From contig CM120641.1 of the NCBI GenBank assembly GCA_051362555.1, positions 4,154,001 to 4,218,000 of the forward strand: a stretch of DNA of 64,000 bases, in the 5' to 3' direction. Under the pieces are notes generated by a model. That model was not told where the DNA came from and did not search any database. It was given only the letters and a program-made list of their open reading frames with translations. Shown here piece by piece: positions 39,133 through 52,400 of this stretch. The stretch's first letter is position 1. The number at the start of each line of letters is the position of its first letter. The position numbers and the translations under genes were made by a program. Source of the DNA: Lingula anatina (Eukaryota; Animalia; Brachiopoda).

Positions 39133-41263
39133 TTATCTCTCGGACAGCAGAAAAAGCTTTAAAACTGAACCTATCACAAATTTCTGGTCGTAATGTCCAA
39201 ATTATTTTCCCTCCAGTCTGCAAAGCACAGAAAGAAAGAAGATATCCGCACAAATATCATTTTTCAGGAAATTAAATCTGTGGTTCTTCTTAGAGTTATA
39301 CTATTTGAAACATGTTGATGGCATTTGGTTAAGTTTAGCACTAATTACTTGACAGAAGCACTCACTTTACATCACTTCACGGAATCATTAAAATGATCAT
39401 ATGAAAACAAGCACACTTGTCAAAAGAAAACATTTATTACCAATAATACAAAACACTATACAAAATCGAGTCTTACGTGTTTTTTATTTTTATTATTTAT
39501 AAAGAGATTCATAATTCTCATTTAAAATGCACGCAATGGTCATTCATCCAGGATATTTGACGTTATTCTTAAATTCAAAGGTGACTAGACTAGCTGGCAG
39601 GAAGAAATGCACACTTTATGTCAACAGATTGAAAACCTTGGAACTTCTGCAACTGGGGAGTCAAATTCATGCAGTAAATTAGGCCAGTCTCTGTGTGCAA
39701 CATGGCAATAACTTTAGTTTTTTGTCTTAAGTGCCAGTCTTCAGTGCTCCTGCACCACGCACTATGTTTCATGCATGCAACAAGCCATTTCACATCAAAA
39801 TGAATTACAGTTTATATTTTCTAACCAAATAACTATCATCTGTATATACTGAATCCATGATTTCTTAAAATATTTTTCTGCTTCAGTCTATTTTTTGATA
39901 TATCTAATTTTTTTTCTAAAAAAAAAAATGGGGAAATGCATGTTGGTTAAATAAATTAGTACTGCCATGACACAAAAGCCAAAAAACATCAACTGAGAGG
40001 CAAAATACAGAAAAAAAGACAACAGTACTATAGGCCATACAAAATATCTAACAAATATCACATTATGAACATAAATAAATTCATACATCAACACTCAGTT
40101 TAAGCAATTAAAATGTTCAGCACCGCTTTTGATTTAGATTATATCAGACAAGATAGTTTTATTATAGTATTACAAACAACGTGAAAAATTGAACAAGCAC
40201 CTTAAATACTATTAAACAACATACATATATTTAAATAAAAAGCACCCTGCATATCAAAATGACTGACCTTTTTATTTATCAATAGGATGGGATAAAGACC
40301 AATTCAAAGGATCCCTGATAACACTATAATGACAGGCTTATCTCCTTGTAGCAAGTGTGAGAGAACAAGGGCTCAAGGTACTGGGTACTTAAGAACGAAA
40401 GTGGTCTTATCTGTAACACCACAATTTTTTTTACCTTTCTGGCACAAGAGGAATCATAAGTGATATACTTCAATGACATATTATGCTTGTTTTCTATATA
40501 AAGAAAAAAACGTTTTAAATGACTATTGTTGTTAACTTACTTCAGTGGACTACTACAAATTTATCCTGAATTGAAGAAGACCAAAATGTTAGGTCTAGAA
40601 GTTAAGTCCAGTTGTTTTAAGTTAAACTTGCCTCTGCTCCCGACTCCTAATTGGGAATGTCTACTTATCCTGCCATTTCACAAGGCAGCGATTACAAAGT
40701 GTTATCTTTCAAAGTAATTTTTTTCTCCACCCTTATTTTCACAAAATATAAATCTAATACATGCAAAACTGAAACTGGTCCATTACACAAACCACTGAAA
40801 GAGCCGTAGTTTGGGATAATACTAAACCCTCCATATTTGTTGCCCCTTTAACATTGGGGCTTACAACAAAATTCTTTTAAGTAGAATTAAGTAGTTTAAA
40901 AAACTAAAAGTGAAATAAGAAGAGTATTATCTGAACTCCAAGATGTGAAACACCAAATAAAAAGCCCATAAAGAAATCAAAAATGAGAACCCAATTTCAT
41001 GATGATTTGACAGCCGACAACTTCCCTGTCTATATTACACACAATAAACCACATTATATCAAACAATACATATAAAAGTAAATTAAATAAATTAGTCCAT
41101 TGACTTTCTTTTTATATCTGTAATATATATACCACACTTAATAAATAATATTGCACTTTGGCTGCAAGTTATGCTGTGTGTCCAACTTTCAACCATCCCC
41201 CAGCCAGGCCTTTAGGTAAATAACAATTAGTGGACCATAGGTATATGGAGAGTTGTGCCAAAG

Positions 41264-41976
<713 letters not shown>

Positions 41977-43972
41977 ATGTCTGCGCCCATGGAACAGGAG
42001 CCGTCTCTGGTTTCAAAGGGATTACTTGGAGATTTTATACCAGAGAATGAAAAAGATTTTATCAATTTGGCGTCCTATGTTACTATAATAACAGGGGCGT
42101 TAGTTGCACTAATATTACAATTCATAAGGACCCCATATGGGCGCTATGGGAGCTCAAGTTGGGGTGTGCTAATTCCTAGTCGTGTAGCATGGCTGATACA
42201 GGAGTTGCCAGCATTGTTTGTCCCAGTTTATCTTATATTCTGCACCGATTCTTTGAAAAGAAGTGCTACTGCTAATCAAGTTCTTCTGTCGGCCTTTATA
42301 GTGCATTATTTCCAAAGGTGAAGCGTTGTGATCAAAAATGTTCATTAGCTTGGTAGTTGGAACATCAGGTCTTCATCAGACTGATGTGAGTAGATAGCGG
42401 TCAGTGAGTGTCAACATCTACTCACATCAGTCTGATGAAGGCCTTCACCCAGGTTGGCCCTAAGCTAACGGTATGAAAATATTCGGCTTGTGCTTGATAA
42501 TTTTCATTTGTGTGAAACGTTGTATTCAATGCTTTTGCAGACCTTCCAAACTCTTAGCACTTTTGTCTGCAATCTTCGGAGAGAAATATTGAAGAATCCG
42601 TGAGATGTAGGTTAAATACTTGAGTCTCTTGGCAAATTGGTGAGAGTTGGAAGGTCTGTTAAACTTGAAGCAGTTAAGCTGTTGGTGGCAGTGATTGAGT
42701 AAGAGTAAAGGAAGACAATACCATGTACGTAACAAGCACTTGTGATAATTTGTAAAATTTTTGCGTATTCCCTGATTGGTGAGACTCATCTTAGTGAAAT
42801 TCATTACCTATAATTGGATTTGTCTTGTCATTTTCAGGGCTTTAATTTATCCCTGTTTAATCAAAGGAGGGAAACCCACGCCATTTATACCTTTCTTCCT
42901 GGCTCTAGTTTACTGCACATTTAATGGATATCTGCAGGCCAGGTTCCTTTTGCAGTATGCAGACTACCCAAACCACTGGGTCCAAAGTCCAAACTTTATC
43001 ATAGGTAAGTTATAAGGGGATGAAAATTGAATGATTTTTAAGAAGCACTAATAGATATTGGATGAAGGTAAGCTGGTCTTACTACATTTAGTACTGAGAA
43101 ATATTTTGTGGTCCCCTTTTATGTTATTTATTATCATTTTTTTTATTTCATAATTAATTTAATCCACATAACCCATTAATTGTGCTCACGAGAAGTGCAT
43201 TGATATCCAAGAAAGAAAAAAACTGATGTCAATTATATATTTTCTCTATGCACTGAAATTGAATTCGGCCTTTTGACCTTTTCAGGTTTACTGTTGTTTG
43301 GTTTTGGAATGTTTGTTAATATACACTCTGATCATGTTTTGAGGAATTTACGTAAACCTGGAGAAACTGGGTACAAGATCCCACGAGGTATTATCACTCT
43401 CACCTTAGATTTTTATGTAGCAATACAAGTTATTTTATATTTAAAACTCAAACTGATTATTTCTTAAACCTATAAGTCTCTAGTTGGTTTAACTAACATG
43501 ACATTATAACTATAAGAATGACATGTATGTCTTGAACCTTATTATGATCATTTTACTTTTATTTTTCTGACAGGTGGAATGTTTGAATATGTTTCTGGAG
43601 CAAATTTCTTTGGAGAATGTTTGGAATGGACTGGTTTTGCCATTGCTTGCTGGTCTCTCCCAGCTTTGGCTTTTTGTATTTTTACTTGGCTGAACACTGG
43701 GCCAAGAGCCTTCCACCATCACCAGTAAGTTGTATATTAGTGATTGCTATCAATAAGTTTTGATTTGTTGTCTAAGGTAAAACAAAGGAATGAATTCTTG
43801 ATTATACATCATATAAAATCTGTTGATAGCCTAAATAAATAACTATATGAGGTTTGCAAAATTTGAGTAAAATTAGAATTGAAATATTTATATTTTTATT
43901 TACAGGTATTACCTAGAAAAGTTTGATGACTATCCAAAAGAGAGGAAAGCTTTGCTACCCTTTTTGATGTGA
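41977..43972 (+). CDS. SRD5A1: 3-oxo-5-alpha-steroid 4-dehydrogenase (steroid 5-alpha reductase 1-like)
   Basis: Exons 41977-42317, 42838-43004, 43286-43387, 43574-43724, 43906-43972. Motifs: PYGRY, AWLIQELPA, HYFQRALIYP, NGYLQ, NIHSDHVLRNLRKPGETGYKIPRGGMFEYVSGANFFGE, HHHQYYLEKFDDYPKERKALLPF. Confidence 0.93.
42367..42444. repeat. 29-bp inverted repeat (1 mismatch, 20-nt loop) in SRD5A1 intron 1
   Basis: AGGTCTTCATCAGACTGATGTGAGTAGAT (42367-42395) pairs with ATCTACTCACATCAGTCTGATGAAGGCCT (42416-42444). Confidence 0.9.
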
Positions 43973-45983
43973 AATGTATTGAACTTATTCCTAGTGGCAT
44001 TGCTTAATACCTGACAAAATAATTGTCAGTATTATATGATCTATCATGCACAAATTTGTTGATTCACACCATCTATTTTTTGTTTGTTTTATTATTATTG
44101 TAACACTGACAATCATTTTTAACCACATAATGTTCAGCACATTTACATTATTTCATTTCATCTATTTTATACATATAGTAAACTAAGAACGGTAGTCTCT
44201 GTACAGACTGCTGTCAATCTTATAAAGAGATATTTATAAAGAACTAGAGATTCGTGCATATATTTGTTATTACACTGCAGATCTGATGAAAAAGTAATGC
44301 ACAGAAATAACATTTTAAGTAATTCCTGTAGGTCTATTTGATATGGCTTTGATCCATAGTAGCAGTATTACTTTGTGATTAAGAATATAGTCAGTTATTT
44401 TAAGGAAAGAGAATTCCAAACACAACTGATGTACAAATACAAACATTTTAATATGTTCTTATTTACATTTATTAATTCCGTTTGTTCTTTTATTTACGTT
44501 TATTGATTCCGTTTTGTGTGTTTGTCTCAAAACTTACGCAAATACACATGAAATTCTTTGTGAAGAAATATGTTGCTATGTAGAGGTGTTAATGTACAAT
44601 TGCCATACAAAATTCCATCTCTGTTTGTGCTTTGGGCCAATCCAGTCGCTATTTTTTCAGGAAATTAATAAAAACTAGATGCTTTAAAGGACATTTGTAT
44701 CTCGTTTGTCTAATTCCTTTTTGTTTACTTTGCCTGAGCGAGTTTTAAAAAAAAGAAAGAAAAGATTGCGGTCTGTTCCTCTGGTTTTGCTCCTGGGAAC
44801 CCTGGTCAGAAATGATAAGCTTGTGTTAATGCCTGGACGTCGTGTGCCAGAGCGCTTTGCCGTAATGAGAAAATGGTTTACTTATTTCGTTTCATTGATA
44901 ACTACGCGATTCACGAAATTGTACGGATTCACTCAATTATGGTGATGTGGAATGGATGATTGGACATGTTTGTCTCTAAGCTTATCTACATCAAAAAGAT
45001 GGACTGGGTTAAGTGGTAATTCAGTATGTTGGACATTACCTAACAGCACAGACTTCCTGATTAAAGAATAACGAGAAGAAACTGTACTCTATCTTCACAC
45101 GCCGGGCTAGCAGTCTTTGGTTACAAGGAAATCGGTCACAGACAAATGAGCGAATTCTTGACATTTCGCCCGCAAAGAAAATCCCTCGCCATTTTTTCTC
45201 CTTGCGCACGATCACCAGGTCTCAATAATGTGTTTCAATTGCAGACCTTTCACTTAGTGCAGGACTAAATCAATTGTAAACTTGGGGGTGGGAGAGCAAA
45301 AAAGAAAGGAATGATAAGTTGCACCGTTTCATTTTGTAATTTTAAGCTAGCCCCATAAACTACACCACACATTCCTCTAATTTCATCTCGGATTGATTTA
45401 CGTAAGTTTAGTACATTTTATTGAAAAAACTTACCGTTTATGAAATTGATATATACATATAAATCCACCTGCCTTTAAATGTAATATAAAAGGTATAAAG
45501 CGATTACCTGCTTGATAGCAGGATTCCTAAACACTTAGCAACACTGTTCTTTTCAACATGGCTCTAGAAATGAAAACATCCTTTTACCCGTCAATGCTCA
45601 AATTTGTCAAACGTTTTTGTAATCCTTCAACTGTTTGGTGCTTGAGTCGCATAAATTAAATTCATAAATTGTATAGTCGACCGTAATTTTGATCGTATTG
45701 CTTATGGTTTAAATATCGATTTAATATCCACGTATTTTCGCAAAGAAATCATTCTATGTAGTCAAATTGGCTTCATAATGAGACTACTCAATTTATGTGA
45801 GAAATTATGCCATAAATGAATAAATAAGTGAAGTCAATAATGGCATTCTATGAGCAGAGAGTTCATTACACACGAAAGACCCCGAATAATTTAACGGTCT
45901 TTTAGTCTTCATAAATCTTACAGCTTTTTTAGTTTTCAGTGTCATCCATGTTTGTTGCCCCATCCGAAACCAAGACACAGCAC

Positions 45984-46022
<39 letters not shown>

Positions 46023-46270
46023 TAAAAAATGTCTTCGTGTACTGTAAAAAGACTAATGTCATTGTCAACTTATCTTTCAGCGTGTAATGAGTCTGAAATA
46101 GCCACGACCCGTCGCCTTTAGTCAGGTTTCCACGAAACCACGAAGCTTATTGCTGGAATTAAGAATAATCGTAAGCTTCATGTATGAACCTTTGAGAATA
46201 CTTCCTTTTGTCATTTGTTTCCAATTTGTGCTACATTTGTCATTTGAATACGATTTATCCATGTATTTTT

Positions 46271-47083
46271 TTAGCCATCGTCATCTTGTGGTTCTTTGGG
46301 TACGCTGTGCCTCGACCTATAAGCTAAAAATCGACTTTTGTCCGTTTCTTCATCGTAATCCTCTTCCTCGTCAGATTCATCCTCATCCTCATCCTCGTAA
46401 CCTCCGTCAGCATTCTCTCCATCATCAGCACAGCATTGATCATTTTCACCATCATTTTCATCGTCGTCATCATCATCATCATCATCGATTCCTTTGTCCT
46501 TCTTAGCTTTATTTGTAGCTTCTAACATTACTTTGATCATAGCAAAATCACTAGCGTCCACTAGATCGAGAGGCCGTTCCCCCTCGTCAGTTCTGATCAA
46601 TGGGTCGGCGCCTCTTTTCAGTAAATACCTGGTGAAAAGGGAAGAAGAGATAGTTACCAAGGACCTGATGTATCTGCGAGAGGCGCAAATGACTTAGCGA
46701 CTGGATGATTATTAGCTGGCGAGATTAAGTTGCTAAGAAATGTGGCAGATATACATGGGCAAGGTTTCAAAGTGTTTTAAAATTACGCGTTCTCTTATAG
46801 CCTTATTGCCGTTACTTTCCGATATCAACGTGGCCATAACACGTACCATTTGATGAGGCAATTAGATATATCAAATATGTAAATATGTAAATTTAGGCGT
46901 AAGTCAAAATTGATGTGGGTTGTGTGAATGATATGTTAATCAAATAAATATAAAATCTGACTTCTCATATGTTCCCCGTGCTTTAATTCTGTCACATTCT
47001 GTACAGTTAATGTGAACATTTTGCATATAAATACAACATCGGCCCATGTATTGTAAGGTTTAAATTGAAAGTTAAAAATCAAA

Positions 47084-47129
<46 letters not shown>

Positions 47130-48528
47130 ACTCAAGATCACGTGTCACCTTGCGATATCAACGTGTCCTTCAGAGCAGGCGGCGTGCAAGGCTGTCCACG
47201 TGTCTTCGTCTTGCTTGTTGATATCCGCTCCATGTCGGATCAGCAGGCGGACTGCGGCAAAATTACCATCTAATACGGCTGTGTGTAATGGAGTCAGGCC
47301 TGCAAATAGATGCGGCATTTTTTTTTATTTACGCTTTAAAGAAGATCATTCAAGTTTTCGACAAGAATTGACGGATCACTGCAACGAGAGCACAATTTTC
47401 TTGTATCCCCAGCCCAAATTTGTCCAGTATTTAGCAATTTTTTTCATGATGATGATGATGATGGTGGTGGTGGTGATGCACGTTATTTATGCCCCCCACC
47501 CCTCAGACGACCCCCCCACCCCCCAACCCTTCCAGTAGAAAGGCGGAAGATTAGTAAGTGGTGTCAGGCGTTGATGGATGTGTATATTCTATGACCAGCA
47601 GAGTGCAAATATAGTGTATGTTTACAACAGTCCGTATGTCAAGTAGCAGCGAATTTTTGTGGAAGCACATGTACCTTTACGTTCATTTCTACGTTTTGAG
47701 AGAATACTCAAGTTCCCAGTACAGTTTTTTGTTAACAACAAAACAACCTGCGAAGGTCGTAATACAACCTATTTAATTAAGAAGTGCACATGATTTGCGA
47801 GACATGTTAACACCTCTTGCTGATACGTGCAAGAACGTGAATAAACCGGGGATAAAATGTGTAATAAACTGTTAAACTGCCTTAAATACCAAGTCCGAAA
47901 AAATGGGATAAGAATTTAAAAATTGTGACATCTGATACACTTACACATATGTAACAGTGAGAAGGCTATTAAATTTCTTAACCTGTAAAACGACCGCTTT
48001 ATTTGGAGGCGCTTGACCTAAGTTTCTGGTATAATCATGAACGTTGAGGTCGAATAGTTGAGGATACAAAATAATAATGCTCAAACTTCAACAAGACATC
48101 TTTCAACAGCAACACTAAATACTGAACTCTATCCTTCAACGCACCCTGACTCTAGTCTTCGAGTTCTATGCGAAACTTGCCCATATTATATCCAAACCCA
48201 TGTCGCACAAAACGATAACGCATGCCGAATGTATTTGATATTCAGGGTGCCGTAACGTGAGGATGTGTCAATTTGCATGTGTAAACATTTGAGAGTAGCA
48301 GAATTTGTGCCCCTCACTGTGTTCACGTTGGTTTGGAAATGTCAGGGTTATTGCGCACCTTCTGTATTTACCGAAGAAATAAAAGAACTGACAAAAGTTT
48401 GACCTTAAAGAGAATAGGACCTGTTGAGCAACGTTTATATCTGCGTTTTGGTTATCTTCTCTTTCTTTTTATATTTTTAATTTTTCACCGACAAAATGTT
48501 TTTTTTTCCTTTTTTCGTAATACTGCGA

Positions 48529-48580
<52 letters not shown>

Positions 48581-49415
48581 ATGTGTGCGCTAAAAGTGAG
48601 CTGGCCTGAACATGGCAGGTGTTAATGCAGCTGGCTTTAGATTTTCCGGTTTCTAAAACTGACCGATGTCCTGTCATATCTTAACTGACGGCTCATGTCC
48701 ATTTATAGTTGGCGTAATTCCAAACTATGTGTTTCAGTTTCAGTAACCCGCCTGAGATATTAAAGCAACGTTTTTTTTTTTGTATCCTTTTTTAAAGGCA
48801 GCGTCTTTACTTAGGGGAATAAAGCTTAGGTTATCAATGACCAGGTCGCTCGTCCTTACACTGTATATCATTAAGTTTGTATAAAGAATGTAGGACAAAA
48901 TAAAGTGCCCTCCCTAAACCAAATACGACTCGATCTTTAAATGCCGCCATGGAACCGGGTTTCGGTAGTATAACTTACGTACACTGATACACCCAAAGAG
49001 TATCTTTATGAACCTGTGGAAAATACGACATTCATCACAGTCAAAATTTATGGCACTCTTTGGCATTTAGGAACATAATGTAATGAAACCTCAAATGTTT
49101 ATTTACAAACCTATGCCTTGATTGCACGCAATTTTTAGACGTGGCTTAAAGAATTTTTTGGAGAATTCCCCCCTTTATTTTCCCTTTTTTTCTTTTTTGT
49201 TTGTTTAATCGTAAGATGGTTTCCGTGCGTTATATATACACACCTGCGGTATTGATGGAGTTGATATCCATCTGCAGACTGGCTCGCCTCAGCATGGTAT
49301 GCACTGCCTCTAAGTCATTTTCTTTCAGATTATCATCAAAGACGATCTCGTCCGGAAAACGTACCCTGGGTTTCCCCGGGTGTTGTTTCGCGTAGAGACT
49401 GGCTCTGCGGCTCAT
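46271..49415 (-). CDS. Protein phosphatase 1 regulatory subunit 27-like ankyrin-repeat protein with long acidic tail
   Basis: Exons 49415-49244 (Kozak gccgccATG), 47299-47149, 46628-46271. RVRF (RVxF PP1-docking motif) is followed by ankyrin repeats GLTPLHTAVLDGN, TWTALHAACSEGHVDIARYLLKRGAD and GERPLDL, then a D/E-rich tail. Architecture resembles the PPP1R27/PPP1R12/PPP1R16 family. Confidence 0.8.
47085..47127. repeat. (TA)n microsatellite
   Basis: Read directly; lies in intron 2 of the PPP1R27-like gene. Confidence 0.95.
48529..48577. repeat. Compound (GT)n(GA)n microsatellite
   Basis: Read directly; lies in intron 1 of the PPP1R27-like gene. Confidence 0.95.
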
Positions 49416-52400
49416 GGCGGCTGTGATGAACACCAACCCAAGACCCACAGGGTGCAAGGTTATCGCATTGGTTGCAAAAGAGGCAGGCAGGCAAGCTCTT
49501 GGATGGCCTACTGTTCCTCCCTGGAACTTGTGATAATGAGCGTATGATGAGCGTTCCCTGGAGGCACTCTTCTGCTACCTGAAGTAATTTCAAATCTGAT
49601 AGAGAGCTGCCTTTAGATTGTAACTCCTTGCCTGTCGATCCCTGCTGGAATCTTCAGTGTGCTATATCTAATCCCGTACAAGTCGTGCAGTTCCGTTCTC
49701 AGGTTCAGCAGGCAAATGGCTGAGAATGTTTGCCAATGTTTATTTTTTTATGACGATCAGGTTTTACAAACATTCAGTGAAAATTGGTTTAGAATCGGGA
49801 CGTCCACTATAATGATTTCACTTCTGGCGCCGTAAGGTTATTAGTGGTATTGGTGCTCTTTTTTTAGCTGCCAGATCCACCTGAAATAAGAAATAATCAA
49901 AATAATTTTGACATTTAGGCTTACTTCCAAATGCCCTTCTCATCACATAGTCAAGCAAAAGCAGCATTGTCTTTATTCTAGTTCTGAAATTTGAATGTGA
50001 AAAATTTTCGTCTGAATACATTTTTGTGTAATGAAAAGCAATTTTACGCCTAGTGGCACTATTTTTACTGTAACAGTTATATACTGCTAGTCAAATAGTA
50101 AAAAGAATAGTGCCTTTAGGAAAAGACATCCCCTGTGCTATCTAGAAATCTGAAGTGTGCCAACGTATTGATCTGATACAAACCGATTGTAACTTAAAAC
50201 AAGTAACACTTGTCCGGTTTTGAGTATTGCCAGCTGTTGTCGAATGCGAACTTTTGCTTGGTGTGTCTGTCTAATACCCCTGAGTCTCTCAAACACAATT
50301 TTTTTATAAGTCATCCGAAACGTAGTGATATGATTCTGAGGAAAACCCTGCCGCATACCTGCCTGTAAAATACCGCTGTAGCCCATTTTTTAACAGATTT
50401 TGAAGCCAGTAGGCTGTATTCACTTACATGTAAAAATGCCGAGATTACCTATCGCCAGTTTTGATGGAGCCAGTTTGATGTTCATTAGGGGAACGCGTGG
50501 AAAGACAAGCAAATATGATGCACCTGCCTTTACTTCTTTGAAAGAATACGTAATTCTAAAACACCGCGTTACCGCTGCCAATAAATCTTTCAGGAAAAAA
50601 AACTTTCAAAACGGATGTTATTAAGCTCTGAACATTAACCCATGACAGTGATTAATGTGGAACGAAGGCTGTTAATTTTTATGATATCAGAACGACAAAA
50701 TTATAATCTGATGTTGTTGCAAAAAATGAATTTTTATCGTACTCCCTTTATCCATTATCCAACCGTTTTTGCAGCTATTTCTTCAGCATACAGCCTTCGT
50801 TAGGGGCAGTCAGCGATGTTTGACGGACTTTATCCTGAATGTGTATGTGTCTCTTAGTTTAAACAGTTGAATTTTATATACAAGTATAAGCCTTTGTAAT
50901 ACTGTATTCATTAATAGTGATACGGCTATAAATATCTAAAACAAAATGTGCTCACCATGGCTACACATTCTCTCCCTTTCCAACTAAAGTATGCTAAATC
51001 ATTCCTTTCTTTTTACTGGGTTGCCAGTGCCGTTACGAATGTGAATACAATGTGTAGTGTTACTTTGTGGTGATAAGACTTTGACAAGCTCGAGTAGATG
51101 AGAGTAGACCCCTTTTGATATATCGATATTTCATCAAATAGTTATCGGGTTACGTTGTCACTTCATAGGTGGTCTACAAAGGATTATTTATAATTCAACT
51201 ATGTCTGGGGTCTCTGTGTACATAACCTTGTGCTAATATATCTATCAGGTTAGACAAAATATTTTCCTAAAGCCTATTTAGTCTGTGACATTGTCCCCGC
51301 CCTCTTTCTCTCGGGGCTCCACTCCCTCTTCACTTGAATTTCATGGTTCTACTCCCGCTACATTTAAATCTCTCTCACACACATGCGCGCACGCAAGCAC
51401 ACACATGCACGTACACACACACACGCGCGCGCTTCCACTCACCAAGATATTGATTTCAGTATTTTGGCCTTCTGACGTCCACGGTTGTTTTGAAAGTAAC
51501 ACATCCCCCATATTTTAGTTCACGCGTGAATTCGTTATCCTTGAATAAGTGAAATCGCCCGTGTTTTTTTATCCCTCACACACTTCACGTGAATAATTTA
51601 AACTAAAAAGAGCAGACTTCACGCTTGGACTGACACTGTTGTCCTAAACGCATGGAACTATCAGGAGTCTACCGAGTCCTTTACGCATCCAAGCTATTAA
51701 AACCTACCCTAATGGGTTTGTGCTATATTTTAGGCCTAGCACCGCGACCCTAACAGATAATTGCACCTCAAAGCTAAAATCTAGACCCGACTGCATTGAA
51801 ATTATATGTATATATACCTACATATCTGGGGTACATCTTCGGTGTAAAGTATTATTTTGTCTGATCATTGTGATGACTGTCACTTGACAATGGTAATTGC
51901 GGGTTTGCTATGTCCAAAAGTGGGATTTTGGCACGCACACATGAGATCCATTGTATGAAACTGGACTCCCAGTTGAAATTGAACTTAAATTTTGCTGTAC
52001 AGCGCCCCTTAATTTCCTCATTGTTCTGAAGTGTTGAACTTACCGATATGCAAAACTAGAAGGAAATAACAGTTTAACAAGCAACAGATGGGCTGTTGAA
52101 TTTCTTTTTGGACATCACCGAAAACATAATACGTGCAATAAAAGCTTCTTGAAAACCTGAAGTAATAGCATTAGCTAATTCAGTGAACGGTAAGGCAACT
52201 GACGCACCTATGTTCTTTTTCCTGAGGAACCGTGCTTAATAATTACGTAAAAACGGTATAATAGATGTGCATCATTCGTTATTCAAGAGCGCCAGGTGAA
52301 ATTGATCGGGGATTAAGGGGATTGCGAGGGGAAATAATGCCTAAGTCAAAATCGACCCCCTGGTTTAGCCACCCATGTTAAAACTGACAAAATCTCGTTA

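Noticed and set aside
46150-46506. His-rich plus-strand ORF
   Set aside because: Antisense shadow of the GAT/GAG acidic tract of the PPP1R27-like gene.
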